DNA of 64,000 nt from Chloroflexota bacterium (GCA_027623675.1 JAQBVF010000005.1:74236-138235), one strand, 5' to 3'. Shown: positions 48,816-59,814, counted from the stretch's first letter. Notes: generated by a model not told the origin, from the sequence alone. A program made the numbers and translations.

Positions 48816-49223
48816 ATGAACGATACCAGCAGGAACAGCTCTCAGGTTTTCTATTACGACGCAGATTGCCGCCTCTGCACCCGGCTGGTTGGCTGGCTGG
48901 GCAAGGCCGATCTATTCAGGCGTATAACCTGGACTCCCTACCAATCATTGGAGGCCCCGCCCCCCGGCCTTTCATGGGATGACCTGCAGCGGGCCGCCTA
49001 CTTGGTTGACGGCGATACCGGGCGGTTGTACGAGGGGTTTTACGCCTTCCGCATGCTGACGGTCCGCCTTCCGGTATTGGCTCCCTTGGCGCCCATCTGC
49101 TGGTTTCCGGCCATGGGGCTGTTGGGCACGGCGGTCTACCGATGGGTGGCCAGAAACCGCCACCGGCTATCTGGCTGCACCGTCCCGGGCCTGGGACGCC
49201 GGGGCCGGAACAAAGGGCCGTAG
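48816..49223 (+). CDS. DCC-family thiol-disulfide oxidoreductase (DUF393)
   Basis: YDADCRLC motif and YRWVARNR. Confidence 0.88.
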   Translation: MNDTSRNSSQVFYYDADCRLCTRLVGWLGKADLFRRITWTPYQSLEAPPPGLSWDDLQRAAYLVDGDTGRLYEGFYAFRMLTVRLPVLAPLAPICWFPAMGLLGTAVYRWVARNRHRLSGCTVPGLGRRGRNKGP

Positions 49224-49392
49224 CACTTGGCATCATCCGGCGACCTACCGCGCCGCCGCCTTGCGGTTCGTTCTGGGCTTCACCCGCGACGCCGGCGGCA
49301 GGGAGAGCGGCGATCGTGGCCAAACATCAATCATTCAGCAGCCAACGGCCCCGATAGAACAAGGGCTGGCGGCTGCGCCCAAGGAGAAAACC

Positions 49393-50169
49393 ATGAACCT
49401 AAGAGATTCCGTGATCATCGTCACCGGCTCGGCCACCGGGCTGGGCTCCGCAGTGGTCAAGCAGGTCGCTGCCAAAGGAGCGCGGGTGGTGATCAACTAC
49501 ACCAAGAGCGAGAAAGAGGCGCATGAGACCGAGGCCGTCTGCGACTACCTGGGTGTTGAATCAATTTTATGTCAAGCTGATGTGTCGGTGTACGAGGACT
49601 GCCAGCGCATGGCCAGCCAGGCCCTGGAGAAGTGGGGGCGCATCGATGGGCTGGTCAACAACGCCGCCCGGTCCGTGTTCGCCAACTCCAAGGACCTGGA
49701 CGCGCTGACGGGCCAGCAGTTCATGGATGTCTTCGCGGTGAACGTGGTCGGCGCCTACCAGATGGCCCAGGCGGTGGCGCCCCACATGAAGGCCGGCGGC
49801 AACGGGTCCATCGTGAACGTCTCGTCCATATCCGCGCTAACCGGGGCTGGCAGCTCCATCGCCTATGCGGCTTCCAAGGGCGCGCTGAACACCATGACCC
49901 TGTCGTTGGCCCGGGCGCTGGCCCCCGAGATCAAGGTCAACGCCGTGCTGCCCAGCGCCTTCCCCTCCCGGTGGTGGGCCGACGGACTGGGCGAAGAGAA
50001 AGCCAAAGAGCTGTTCGTGAAATTCAACGAGCAGGTCCCGCTGAAGTCGGTGGCCACTCCCGATGCCGTGGCCAGCACCGTGGTCTGGCTGCTGGAAGAC
50101 GCCGGCTACATCACCGGCGAGATGATTAAGATCGACTCAGGCATGCACCTGCTGGGCTTCCAGCCGTAG
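49393..50169 (+). CDS. short-chain dehydrogenase/reductase
   Basis: TGSATGLG, NNA, YAASK; AAGGAG RBS. Confidence 0.93.
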   Translation: MNLRDSVIIVTGSATGLGSAVVKQVAAKGARVVINYTKSEKEAHETEAVCDYLGVESILCQADVSVYEDCQRMASQALEKWGRIDGLVNNAARSVFANSKDLDALTGQQFMDVFAVNVVGAYQMAQAVAPHMKAGGNGSIVNVSSISALTGAGSSIAYAASKGALNTMTLSLARALAPEIKVNAVLPSAFPSRWWADGLGEEKAKELFVKFNEQVPLKSVATPDAVASTVVWLLEDAGYITGEMIKIDSGMHLLGFQP

Positions 50170-50191
50170 GGGTAGGAAGATGAGCCAGCCG

Positions 50192-50512
50192 CTAACCGCG
50201 GCTGGAGTCCTTGGGCTTCAGAGCCTCCAGGTTCATTAGAGACTCGGCCCGCTGTTCCTCGCTCGCGCCAAGCTCGATACGGTTCTCCTGGGCAATCTGG
50301 TAGATATCCTGATGGGACCGGTCCAATAACTCGCAAGCCCGGCCGATGCTCAACTTGCCCTCGCTGACGAGAACGACAGTCGCTTTTTCTGCGGACTGCC
50401 ACAACCACTGGCGCAGCACCGTTGCCCGGTCTGTACGTTGCTCCCTGGTGTGCACGTCCAGCAATTCGACCAACTCTTCGGGGATCCTTAGGGGTACGGG
50501 TTTTGTCGCCAT
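50192..50512 (-). CDS. UPF0175/RHH-type putative antitoxin
   Basis: PLRIPEEL...DRATVLRQ...GKLSIGRACELL pattern. Confidence 0.75.
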   Translation of the reverse strand: MATKPVPLRIPEELVELLDVHTREQRTDRATVLRQWLWQSAEKATVVLVSEGKLSIGRACELLDRSHQDIYQIAQENRIELGASEEQRAESLMNLEALKPKDSSRG

Positions 50513-50514
50513 GG

Positions 50515-50830
50515 TTAATCTCCCAGTGATTCTAAAGCCTCGAGATAGTCTGATGCCCGTATGGTTGGACGCAGCGCATCGAGGGCATTCTTCGCGTCTG
50601 CAACCGAGAGTGATCCGTCCCTGGCCAAGCCCAAGACAACGTGCGAAGGCACCAGAAACGGGAGAGCCAGGTTCGACAACACTCCCAGAAAACTCCGATC
50701 GTCGCTGACAATCACCGGCGCTTCCTGCGATTGGACCGCGAGCTGCAGCGCTTGGGTTTCGCCGGCCCCGAGCCCCCAAGCTGATCGGTCCAACTCCGGC
50801 GTGGCATCACCAATCTCGGGACTTCGTATC
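50515..50830 (-). pseudogene. C-terminal part of a PIN-domain (DUF3368-like) toxin
   Basis: LGAGETQAL and IVSDDR motifs; no recognisable N-terminal PIN strand upstream. Confidence 0.6.
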
Positions 50831-50942
50831 TCCGCATCCGGTCGGTGACGTAGGCCGGGCCGGCGGTAGACGCCGGGGCGAATCCTTGCCAGAATACCTC
50901 CCATGATTCCGCCGCGCCGCTACGCGCTTTGAGGAGAACAGC

Positions 50943-51791
50943 ATGGGACCCAGACTTGTCGAATACCTGAAATACGAAGCTGAAGACACGGGTATCGCTT
51001 GGATCACATTCAACCGGCCCGAGCGCCGCAACGCCCTGATGGGCAACTCTCAGGAGAACGGCACCGTGGCCAAGGTGGGCGAGTACATGCGCGCCGCCGA
51101 CGACGATCCGGATGTCCGCGTGATCGTGCTCACCGGCGAGGGCCAGGGCTTCTGCTCGGGGGCCGACATGCGCCGGGACAATGACCCATCGGTGCTGGGT
51201 GAGAACTTTGTTGGCAACCGGGACCACACCGAGGGGCCGGACCTGATCCGCCAGCACTTCTTCCACGGGTTCACCCAACTGCACCGCGACATCTCGCTCA
51301 TCCGCAAGCCCACCATCGCCATGATCAACGGCGCCGCCGTGGGGTCGGGCATGGACATGGCGCTCCATTGCGACATACGCGTTGGCTGCGAGGCCACCCG
51401 CTTCGTCGGCTACCACCAACTGGGCCAGATCATTGAGAACGGCGGCAGCTACTACCTGCCCAAGATGGCCGGACTAGGCCGGGCCCTGGAGTTCGCCTAC
51501 ACCGGGCAGCTGGACGCCGAGCGGGCCTACCAGTGGGGCCTGCTCAATTACCTGGTGGACTCCAGCGAGTTGGAGCAGACCACTCGAGACCTGTGCACCC
51601 GCATCATGCGCGTGCCGCCAATGGTGCAGTGGGTGAGCAAGAAGATCATGCGCACGGCCGTGGACACCACCCTGGAGAACACGATGGTGCTCACGTCCAA
51701 CGCCGGCGGCATCCTGGGCGGGTCCGAAGACGCCGACGAAGCGCGCCTTGCCTTCCTGGAGAAGCGGGCGCCCAAATTCAAGGGTCGTTAA
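50943..51791 (+). CDS. enoyl-CoA hydratase/isomerase family protein
   Basis: FNRPERRNAL, FCSGAD, KPTIAMINGAAVG, FLEKRAPKF. Confidence 0.92.
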   Translation: MGPRLVEYLKYEAEDTGIAWITFNRPERRNALMGNSQENGTVAKVGEYMRAADDDPDVRVIVLTGEGQGFCSGADMRRDNDPSVLGENFVGNRDHTEGPDLIRQHFFHGFTQLHRDISLIRKPTIAMINGAAVGSGMDMALHCDIRVGCEATRFVGYHQLGQIIENGGSYYLPKMAGLGRALEFAYTGQLDAERAYQWGLLNYLVDSSELEQTTRDLCTRIMRVPPMVQWVSKKIMRTAVDTTLENTMVLTSNAGGILGGSEDADEARLAFLEKRAPKFKGR

Positions 51792-51845
51792 CGGACCAGG
51801 CGCCAACCCCCGAGAAGCAGACCAGTGCCCGTCGGCTATTCCGGC

Positions 51846-52298
51846 CTACAGGCCCATCGCCCGCAAGCCAACCTTGGCCAGCTCCTCGTCGGCGTTGTGG
51901 CCGCGTATCCCGCCGACGCCGATTCCGCCAATGATTGCCCCGTCTTTGAGGATGACCACTCCGCCCTGCTCATAAGTTACCATCGGGTCGCCGTTCTCGC
52001 TGACGCTCTGGCCGATGTTGGTCATGTGCTGACCCCAGTCGCCGCTGTTGATCCCGAGCACCGCCGCGGTGTAGGCCTTGCGGACGGCGTGCCTCCGGGT
52101 GAATAAGCGGGCGTTGTCCATCTTGGCGAATGCCTCAAGGTTCCCGGCGGCGTCCACTATAGCCATGCAGACCGGCGTCTCCGAGGTGTTTCTGACCTGG
52201 TCCATCATCGCCTTCATCGCCGCTTGCACCTGGTCCAAGGTAAGCTGCTGGTTGGCTGTGGCCATGGTGGGCCTGGGGCCGTCGTGTGCCGTTGTCAT
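51846..52298 (-). CDS. GlcG/HbpS family heme-binding protein
   Basis: AIVDAAG, KAYTA, GG......G.IIGGIGVGG....DE; AAGGAG RBS. Confidence 0.88.
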   Translation of the reverse strand: MTTAHDGPRPTMATANQQLTLDQVQAAMKAMMDQVRNTSETPVCMAIVDAAGNLEAFAKMDNARLFTRRHAVRKAYTAAVLGINSGDWGQHMTNIGQSVSENGDPMVTYEQGGVVILKDGAIIGGIGVGGIRGHNADEELAKVGLRAMGL

Positions 52299-52507
52299 CT
52301 GATCTGCTCCTTCTCGAGGTCTGAATCTAGGGGGTCTGATGGGACCGATGCGTTCCGCCGTGCATTGTAGCAATAGCGGACTCCGGCCCGGGCCGCTGTT
52401 GGGACACGGCAGTTTCGACGAGGGGCTTTGTTTCACCCTCAAGGTTATGTCGTCCTGCCCGCCTGACCTCCCGCCATCACGCCGCGCGCAGAACTTTTAG
52501 CGGGATC

Positions 52508-53605
52508 CTACGGGCCCATCACTCTGCGGAAGAACGCCAGGGCATTGTCGCCGGTGATCTTGATGATGTCGGCGTCGGAATACCCGCGGGTGATCAGCCC
52601 CCGGATGATATTCTTCCCCTCGGCAGGGGACTCTACCCCCCGGATAAAACCCGAGCTTCTGGCATCGATACTGGAATCCGTCCCGATGGCCACGTGGTCG
52701 ATGCCCAGCAGCTTCACCATGTAATCGTAATGGTCCAGCAAACGCTCGATGCTCAACTCAGACCCCCAGCTGCTGATCACCGACGGCTGCACGGTGACCC
52801 CGACGATGCCGCCTTTCCGCGCGCAGGCCACCAGCTCTTCGTCCCTCCGGAGCCGCCCCGCGGCGTACTCGCCACCACCCTGTTGCTGGCCCAGGGTGTA
52901 CGACCCGTCGTGGCTGAAGGCCACCGGGGCCTGGGAGAATTCGATGGCGTCCATCGCCGTCCGAAAGGATGCGTGGGACAGGTCGACCACCATGCCCAGT
53001 TCGTTCATCCTCCCCACGACCTCGATCCCGAACGTACTCAGCCCGCCGTCGTTCCGCTCCAGGTGGCCGTCCCCGATATAGTTCTTGCGCCGGTAGGTTA
53101 GCCCGGCCAGCCTGACGCCGGCGTTGTAGAGTACATCCACACGCCGCAACTCGCTGCCAATGGCCAGGTGCTCCACCGTAGGCAGGAAACCCACCTGGCC
53201 ATGCTGCTTCGCAGCCTCGATCTCACCGGCGTTGCCGACTTTGACGACACCTTCGTTTCGACTGACGTCCGACAGCATCAAGCTGATCTCGTCCAAAAGG
53301 TCCTCGAACCGGATGAAGGACATCTCGTCGGTGTTCACCATGCCGCGGTAGACGTTGGCCGTCCCAACGGCGGTGAAACCTCCGTGGCGCACTGCCTCAT
53401 AGCCCCACTCATGGGTATCACCACGCAGGTACTCCAGGAGTTGGCTCGGGTCTTCCGGCTTTACCATCGGGTGCTGATGGAGGTCAATCATCGTCGTCTG
53501 CTCCACCAGACGCAGAAATCTCTTCTCCTGCACGCCGTCGAGGGCGACGGCCTTAGACCGGCCCCGGATAACCTGTTTCACCAGTGGGATCGAGTTCGCC
53601 GCCAT
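52508..53605 (-). CDS. dipeptidase, peptidase M19 family
   Basis: GGLSTFG, MNELGMVVDLSH, FSH, GIDHVAIGTD. Confidence 0.88.
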   Translation of the reverse strand: MAANSIPLVKQVIRGRSKAVALDGVQEKRFLRLVEQTTMIDLHQHPMVKPEDPSQLLEYLRGDTHEWGYEAVRHGGFTAVGTANVYRGMVNTDEMSFIRFEDLLDEISLMLSDVSRNEGVVKVGNAGEIEAAKQHGQVGFLPTVEHLAIGSELRRVDVLYNAGVRLAGLTYRRKNYIGDGHLERNDGGLSTFGIEVVGRMNELGMVVDLSHASFRTAMDAIEFSQAPVAFSHDGSYTLGQQQGGGEYAAGRLRRDEELVACARKGGIVGVTVQPSVISSWGSELSIERLLDHYDYMVKLLGIDHVAIGTDSSIDARSSGFIRGVESPAEGKNIIRGLITRGYSDADIIKITGDNALAFFRRVMGP

Positions 53606-53914
53606 CTTAGCTTCTCCTTTTGCCGGGCCGGGAACCGCCGTTGGGTCCAGGCCCGCGGTGACCTGCCCCGGCGCCCCTCTGAAGATTGTACACAGGGGCA
53701 ACTTCTATCGGGAAGACGAAGGAGCGGGGAACTGGTGGGGAGACCACCAATCAGATATCATCTTGAACGCCAACGGGCGGCAGATGAACTCCGCGTCCGA
53801 ACCGGGGTATCATGCAAGGTGCAGCAGACCCCAGATGATAAGACGGTTGAGTCCATCCTGTTTCGTTCAGGCAATTGCAAGGAAACAGGATTGCTCTAAC
53901 ACCTAGGAGAGTGA

Positions 53915-54322
53915 ATGGCAGTACAACAATGGGAATCAAAAACCTCAGGGATCCTTTACAGTAAGTTTCAAGCTGGAGAATCGCTGGTCAATAGCCTTGA
54001 GACATTGGCGCTAGCCAATGGCATCAGGGAAGCGATCGTGACGTCCTGCATCGGAAGCTTGAGCGAACTGAAACTGCGCAACCTTTGTAACTACGACGCC
54101 GGCGTCCCTGATTTTCAGCGGCAAGTTATCACCGAGACTATGGAGTTAGTCAGCGCCGAGGGGTATATCCAGCCTTTGCCCGACGGCGGCGTCCGGGTCC
54201 ACATTCATGTTGCGGCGGCCCGTCCGTCGGGTGAGATGATTGGCGGTCACTGCGAAGAGGCCACTCTTTTGAGCGGCGCTTTTATGTACCTTCATGTGAT
54301 AGAACAGGAACCCGTGTCCTAG
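53915..54322 (+). CDS. PPC/DUF296 domain protein
   Basis: IGSL, ELVSAEG, HIH, GGH motifs. Confidence 0.85.
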   Translation: MAVQQWESKTSGILYSKFQAGESLVNSLETLALANGIREAIVTSCIGSLSELKLRNLCNYDAGVPDFQRQVITETMELVSAEGYIQPLPDGGVRVHIHVAAARPSGEMIGGHCEEATLLSGAFMYLHVIEQEPVS

Positions 54323-54613
54323 TCCAAGGGCCGGCGTTCACGAAGCGGCTGCCGGTGGTTTTGGGTGACGCGTTAGGCGCGCGCCAGTCAGGTTCCTGGT
54401 AGAGAAGGACTGGGTCTATCCCCGGCGGTGGTTCGGTGTTGTCACCATGAGCGGCCCTCCTAATCAATGCCCTGATGGAAAAACCCGAGGGCGGCATTTT
54501 CTTATTGCCCAATATTTGGCGCCGATGTAGTATCACCGGGACGGTTGCCCATCTGGGGAATCGGTTGCATCGGGACGATCCTGGTCCAGAAGATAAATCA
54601 ACGAGGGAAATCC

Positions 54614-56197
54614 ATGAAATACGACGTTGTGATAGTCGGCGGCGGGGCCGCGGGATCGGTGCTGGCCGCAAGACTGGCCGAAAACGCTGATACATCCATT
54701 CTGTTGCTGGAAGCCGGTAATGATTATCCCGATCCAGCCAACCTTCCGGACGAGATAAAGTTCGCCAATACAAGTTACGCGGAATCACCGGAGTCGGAGC
54801 ACAACTGGGCCCTGAGGGGAACGATCACCGAGGAGCAAGGGGAGATACACGTGGCCCAGGGGAAGGTGATTGGGGGAGGGTCGTCCATCAACGGAACGGC
54901 GATGCAGAGAGGGTTGCCCGAGGATTTCGACTCCTGGGCCGCCATGGGCAACGATGAATGGTCCTATGACAAGGTCCTCCCGTTTTTTAGGAAATGTGAG
55001 CGGGACCTGGACATTCGGGATGATTTCCATGGGACCGAAGGACCGATCCCGGTAAGGCGCCGCCAAACAGGTCCCTGGCCGGACATCCAAAAGGCTTTCC
55101 ACTCAGCCTGTTTGGACCACGGCTACGGAGCGGTTGAGGATACCAACGGCCCCAACCCCGCCGGCGTCGGCGTCTGGCCGTCGAACAACCTGGACGGCTG
55201 GAGGATGAGCGCCGCCATCACGCACCTGAATCCGATGCGCCACCGCCTTAACCTTACGGTGAGAGGCGGGGTTTTTGTCAGGAAGGTTTTGTTCGAGGAC
55301 CACAAGGCCATCGGCGTGGAGGTGGAAAGCGGCGGCGAAGTTTTCAACGTTGAAGCAGGCCGTGTTGTGTTGAGCGCGGGCGCCATCAAGTCGCCCCACC
55401 TGCTCATGCTTTCGGGCATCGGTCCCAAGGACCAACTTCAGGAATTCGGCATACCCGTCGTTCATGACCTCCCCGGAGTGGGGCAGAACCTGATGAACCA
55501 TCTGAGCGCCCAGGTGACCTTCAAAGTCAAAGACGGATTGTCTCTTCACGGCGACGCGGATGCGGTGCACTTTGGCCTGCACTACACTGCCGAAGGGTCC
55601 AGCGAAACCAACGACATGTTGCTGAGGACCACGCCGATGGTGGATGAGCGGCCGGAGCGCGTGCCCGGTTTGCGGACCAAGTTCCTAAATAACGATGTGC
55701 CAGCGGAGCGGGTGGCGAGACTCTCGGTCACGCTCGGGTTGCCCGACGGGTCGGGCTACGTCAAGCTCGCCTCTGCTGACCCAACGGTCCAGCCCAGCTT
55801 CAATTATCGTTATCTCCAGCATCCAAACGACAAGAGCCGGGTGCGGGAGGGGATCCGGAAGGCGGTTGGCTTCCTCGAATCCGACGCCTATAAAGACGTG
55901 TGCGATTACCGTCTTCACCCCACAGAGGACATCTTGGCCGACGACGAAGCTCTGGACCTGTATATCCGCCAAACCGTTGGAACAGCCAGGCACGTGTCCG
56001 GGACCTGCAAGATGGGGCCCGACTCAGACCCGATGGCGGTTGTTGACCAATATTGCAGCGTCAAGGGAGTGCAGGGGCTCTCGGTGGTCGATGCGTCGGT
56101 GAAGCCGCGAATCACCAGGTCGGGCGGCAGCCATGCGACGGTTCTGATGATGGCGGAACGCGCTGTCGAGTGGATAGCGCCGTCTGGGGGCGTCTAA
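54614..56197 (+). CDS. GMC oxidoreductase (MftG-like)
   Basis: GGGAAG, GKVIGGGSSING, HVSGTCKMG; His rather than Asn at the second active-site position (SHAT). Confidence 0.9.
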   Translation: MKYDVVIVGGGAAGSVLAARLAENADTSILLLEAGNDYPDPANLPDEIKFANTSYAESPESEHNWALRGTITEEQGEIHVAQGKVIGGGSSINGTAMQRGLPEDFDSWAAMGNDEWSYDKVLPFFRKCERDLDIRDDFHGTEGPIPVRRRQTGPWPDIQKAFHSACLDHGYGAVEDTNGPNPAGVGVWPSNNLDGWRMSAAITHLNPMRHRLNLTVRGGVFVRKVLFEDHKAIGVEVESGGEVFNVEAGRVVLSAGAIKSPHLLMLSGIGPKDQLQEFGIPVVHDLPGVGQNLMNHLSAQVTFKVKDGLSLHGDADAVHFGLHYTAEGSSETNDMLLRTTPMVDERPERVPGLRTKFLNNDVPAERVARLSVTLGLPDGSGYVKLASADPTVQPSFNYRYLQHPNDKSRVREGIRKAVGFLESDAYKDVCDYRLHPTEDILADDEALDLYIRQTVGTARHVSGTCKMGPDSDPMAVVDQYCSVKGVQGLSVVDASVKPRITRSGGSHATVLMMAERAVEWIAPSGGV

Positions 56198-56281
56198 ACC
56201 GCCTGCAGTTCCCGGTGGCTACTCTCTCAGCCGTGTGCGACAATGAAGTGCCTGTTTTCGGCCGTCGAACAGGCCTAAAAG

Positions 56282-56358
56282 GGGTGGTTAGCTCAGTTGG
56301 TTAGAGCACCTGCTTTACACGCAGGGGGTCAGAGGTTCGAGTCCTCTACCGCCCACCA
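56282..56358 (+). tRNA. tRNA-Val(TAC)
   Basis: cloverleaf, CCTGC-TTTACAC-GCAGG anticodon arm, CCA. Confidence 0.97.
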
Positions 56359-56420
56359 CTTCAGTCTCACGCATCAACATGAATCATCCCGGAGTTTCCT
56401 GGTTGGACGCCGCCGCCTGG

Positions 56421-56545
56421 GTCATTCCGAGCGCAGAGAGGAATCACGTTGCTGATTGGAGACCAACCGGCGGTCCGGAGGAACGGTCGCGACTTTGAAG
56501 TCAAGCACATAGATTTTTCTCCTTCCGCAGAAGGATCAGAATGAC
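56421..56545. repeat. REP-like palindromic element
   Basis: GTCATTCCGAGCGCAG..AGGAATC ... AGATT..TC...TCAGAATGAC inverted ends. Confidence 0.55.
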
Positions 56546-56767
56546 GGGTGGGGAGTGTGGTTGCGAGGCATGACCGTCAATTCGACTTTCGCCGAAATGA
56601 CGGCATCTGCCCAGTGACGAGCTGCCCATGATGAAACACTGGGATGAGTCGTGGTCCGGACATGATCCAGCTATCGGATCAATTCACTTAATCGTTTGAA
56701 TCCCTCTTTGGAGATCCCCCCTTGGCCTCCTGTTTTGTTGGGTCTAAGAAAGGCTTTGGTTTGGGGT

Positions 56768-57697
56768 TTATCCCTCGGTGTGTTCCCCCTGACGTGTGGG
56801 AACCAATAGGACCGGAAATTCAGAGTGACGCACGACTCTGTCGGCGACGCTGCCCAAGGCCCATCGGCTGATCCCCGATCTGCCATGGGAGGTCATCACA
56901 ACCAAGGAAGTTGGCATCTCTTTCGCCACTTCGATAATCTCCACCGCCGGATCGCCGTACAACAACTTTTTCTCGACTTCCGGGCCTCCGGGCTGGTCTA
57001 GGCTTTCCACGATTCCGTCTAGGTATTCATCCGCTTGTTTGTCCCGGTCCGATGAAAGGTGCTCGAACGCGCCAACGGAGTACTCAAAATAGCGCGAGAT
57101 GCTCTCCACCGACGGAACAGCCCGAGCCAAGGTCAGCCCAAGACCCAATTCCCGAGCCAGCGAAACACCGTGGGGCAGGGCCTGCTCCGCAAGGTCGGAA
57201 CCGTCCAAGGGGATGATGATATTCCCGATTACCGCCTCCGCCGTTTGGGTAGGGGCGCCGGCGGCCCTGGTCACCAGCGTTGGGACTGTAGCCGAGCGCA
57301 TGATTTTGTCCGTGACACTCCCGATCAACCAACGTCCGACCCCGGACCGCCCGTGGGTGCACATTGCGATCAGGGTTGCGGGCAATCGTTCCGCCTCCTC
57401 CAAGATGCCGGCTGCGGGCCCGACATCTTCATGGACGCTCGACGAAACCTCCAGGCCATCTTCGCTCAAAGTTTCTGCGATTCCGTCCAGGTAATCTTGG
57501 GCCTCTTTCCCTTGGTCAACCGGCACAAATTCACCGTACTCCTCGCTGGCCAATCCGGTCAGATACGCGACCCGCGAATCAGTCATCCGGAGAAGCTGGA
57601 CATGGGAATCAAACCGGCGCCCCAATAGGCGGACAAAGGGCAATATGCGTTCGGCCAACGGAGAGCCGTCCAAGGGAACCAGAATCCTGTCATACAT
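56768..57697 (-). CDS. tandem universal stress protein
   Basis: two ILVPLDGS...THGRSG..RW..GSV.D USP domains. Confidence 0.93.
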   Translation of the reverse strand: MYDRILVPLDGSPLAERILPFVRLLGRRFDSHVQLLRMTDSRVAYLTGLASEEYGEFVPVDQGKEAQDYLDGIAETLSEDGLEVSSSVHEDVGPAAGILEEAERLPATLIAMCTHGRSGVGRWLIGSVTDKIMRSATVPTLVTRAAGAPTQTAEAVIGNIIIPLDGSDLAEQALPHGVSLARELGLGLTLARAVPSVESISRYFEYSVGAFEHLSSDRDKQADEYLDGIVESLDQPGGPEVEKKLLYGDPAVEIIEVAKEMPTSLVVMTSHGRSGISRWALGSVADRVVRHSEFPVLLVPTRQGEHTEG

Positions 57698-58406
57698 AGT
57701 TGTTATTTCCTTCGTTGGTCGTCGTATCGCCGGTTCCTGGCGGCCGGCACAGATAGAAACAAACCGCCAGAAAAACGGTCAGGAGCGCCGCTGCCGTGGT
57801 CCATGCCCGCCCGCTTTCCAGGAAGAGTGACCCAATAGCACCAATGGTAGCGCACATAGCCAGAGGAGCATCGCCCTGCCCAACGGGACGAGGGTGTATC
57901 GGCTTTTGGTCTCAGGGTGTTTCATGCTTACCCATTCCTGCGAGTCGACCGGTGCGGCCCCGGCCGGCGCGACCCGCAACTATCTGCGTCAACGTTGCCC
58001 AGTGGATGCGCTTTCCAGTTCGACACCGGCTTGAGAGTCCACCTCATCCATGTCGAACAGTCCTACATACCGCGTCAACACCTGGCTGAACAGGCTTGGC
58101 CTACTCACTAGAGACAGTATTGCCTCTGGGAAAAATTGTAACACCCGGCTCCTTAACCCCCGCTAGGCCCATAAATGTTCGGAGGCATGGATCTAAAAGA
58201 AGCGTCCGCGCCCCACCGGCCCGCCGGACCCGGAATGACCTCCGGCGACGCCACCCCCGAATATTGGCCTGATAAACGATCGGTTGCGGAGCTTGTCAGG
58301 CCAGGTTCAGACGATCAGCTTAATCTAATCCCAGTTCTACTTTGAGCTTCCGCGAGGCATACCGACCGTGCTCTCCCAGTACAGGATGGAATCAGAATCT
58401 TTCATG

Positions 58407-58448
58407 TTGACACGTTGTGTTCCCTGTGGTTACATTTTGTATAAACCA
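58407..58448 (+). promoter_or_regulatory. sigma70-like promoter with overlapping imperfect palindrome (possible TetR operator)
   Basis: TTGACA-18 nt-TACATT; GGTTACA-TTT-TGTATAAACC. Confidence 0.5.
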
Positions 58449-58472
58449 TTAAACATAATGGAGATCCTATCC

Positions 58473-59102
58473 ATGACAACCCTCTGGCATGAATCCGTGG
58501 CTGGTCACAAGCGGCGGATCGAAGACCACATCATTGAGAACGCTCTCCAGCTGATCTCGGAAAAGGGCATGTCGGGCGTATCAATGTCATCACTCGCCGA
58601 CCGGGCTGGTGTTTCTCGTAAGACGCTGTACAACCATTTCCCTAACCTAGAGCAGGTGGTCCTCGCGTGGATGCAGGCCGAGATTGAGCAAGAATATGAA
58701 CAGATCAAGCAAGGGCTGGCGGGTCTAACAGACCCGGCCGATAAGCTGTGGTTTTATGTAACCAGTTCGCTCCAAGCGTGTGCTGACCGCCAACACCATG
58801 CGGGAGTTGAGGCGGCGCTGAGTTCCGAAGCGGCCATGAGCCATGAAGCCTGGGACCATATTTCACAGCGATTCGCCAAGACGGAAGCGTTACTGCGGGA
58901 GATCCTTCAAGAGGGTGTTGAGCAGGGAACGTTCCGGCGGGACATAGATCTGAATCTGCAGACTCAACTCATCTTCCATCTCACGGGCAGCCTCCATGAC
59001 GTGATGGCCGAACCGGACAGCGACCCCGGGCTGATGAGCCGGGCGATCATGGACCTGGTACTGAACGGAATCAGCGCGGGAAACAAGCAAGATGCATCGT
59101 GA
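58473..59102 (+). CDS. TetR/AcrR family regulator
   Basis: HTH SMSSLADRAGVSRKTLYNHFP; GVEQGTFR. Confidence 0.9.
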   Translation: MTTLWHESVAGHKRRIEDHIIENALQLISEKGMSGVSMSSLADRAGVSRKTLYNHFPNLEQVVLAWMQAEIEQEYEQIKQGLAGLTDPADKLWFYVTSSLQACADRQHHAGVEAALSSEAAMSHEAWDHISQRFAKTEALLREILQEGVEQGTFRRDIDLNLQTQLIFHLTGSLHDVMAEPDSDPGLMSRAIMDLVLNGISAGNKQDAS

Positions 59103-59142
59103 TCGAAGCGAAGAGAGCGAGAATCATTGGAGCGGAGGGGCC

Positions 59143-59814
59143 ATGAAACGTGAAGATTGGAACAGCGAGTATGTAGGCAGAGACGAAGCCTGGACTGCGG
59201 AGCCCGAGAGCGTGTTAGTTACCGAGGTCCAGGGGTTAAGGCTTGGACACGCTCTGGACCTAGGTTGCGGCGCTGGAATCAACGCCATCTGGCTCGCAAA
59301 GATGGGGTGGCAGGTCACCGGCGTCGACTGGGCCGAAGCCGCAGTTGAAATGGCGCGGATCACGGCAGATAAGGAAGGTCTGGCAGCTTCCTTCATCGCC
59401 GCCGATATCACCGAATGGAAGCCGCCTCGACAGTACGACCTGGTCGTCAGCACCTACGCGCTGCCGTCGGCTGGGAGGCAACGGAAGAAAGCCATCAACA
59501 CCGCGATAGCTTCGCTTGCCCCTGGGGGCACCCTGTTACTTCTTGAGTGGGACGTGTCGTCACCGGGACAGCGGGATTGGGACCCGAAGGACCTTGTCTC
59601 CGTGAATGAGTTGACCGGCTATCTCAGCGAGTTGACCATCGACAAAGCGACCACCCTCCCGGTGGACTTCGAGGCTCACGTGCTGCGCGACGGGCATGGC
59701 CACGGAGACACGGCAGACCGCGCCCATCAACCGGAACACCAGCATCATGAAGAAAAGAACTGGGTGGCCGCCCTCGTGCGCGCCCGCCGCTTCGTTGAAA
59801 CGCCGAAGTCTTGA
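59143..59814 (+). CDS. class I SAM-dependent methyltransferase
   Basis: ALDLGCGAG.NAIWLA..GWQVTGVD, LAPGGTL. Confidence 0.9.
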   Translation: MKREDWNSEYVGRDEAWTAEPESVLVTEVQGLRLGHALDLGCGAGINAIWLAKMGWQVTGVDWAEAAVEMARITADKEGLAASFIAADITEWKPPRQYDLVVSTYALPSAGRQRKKAINTAIASLAPGGTLLLLEWDVSSPGQRDWDPKDLVSVNELTGYLSELTIDKATTLPVDFEAHVLRDGHGHGDTADRAHQPEHQHHEEKNWVAALVRARRFVETPKS

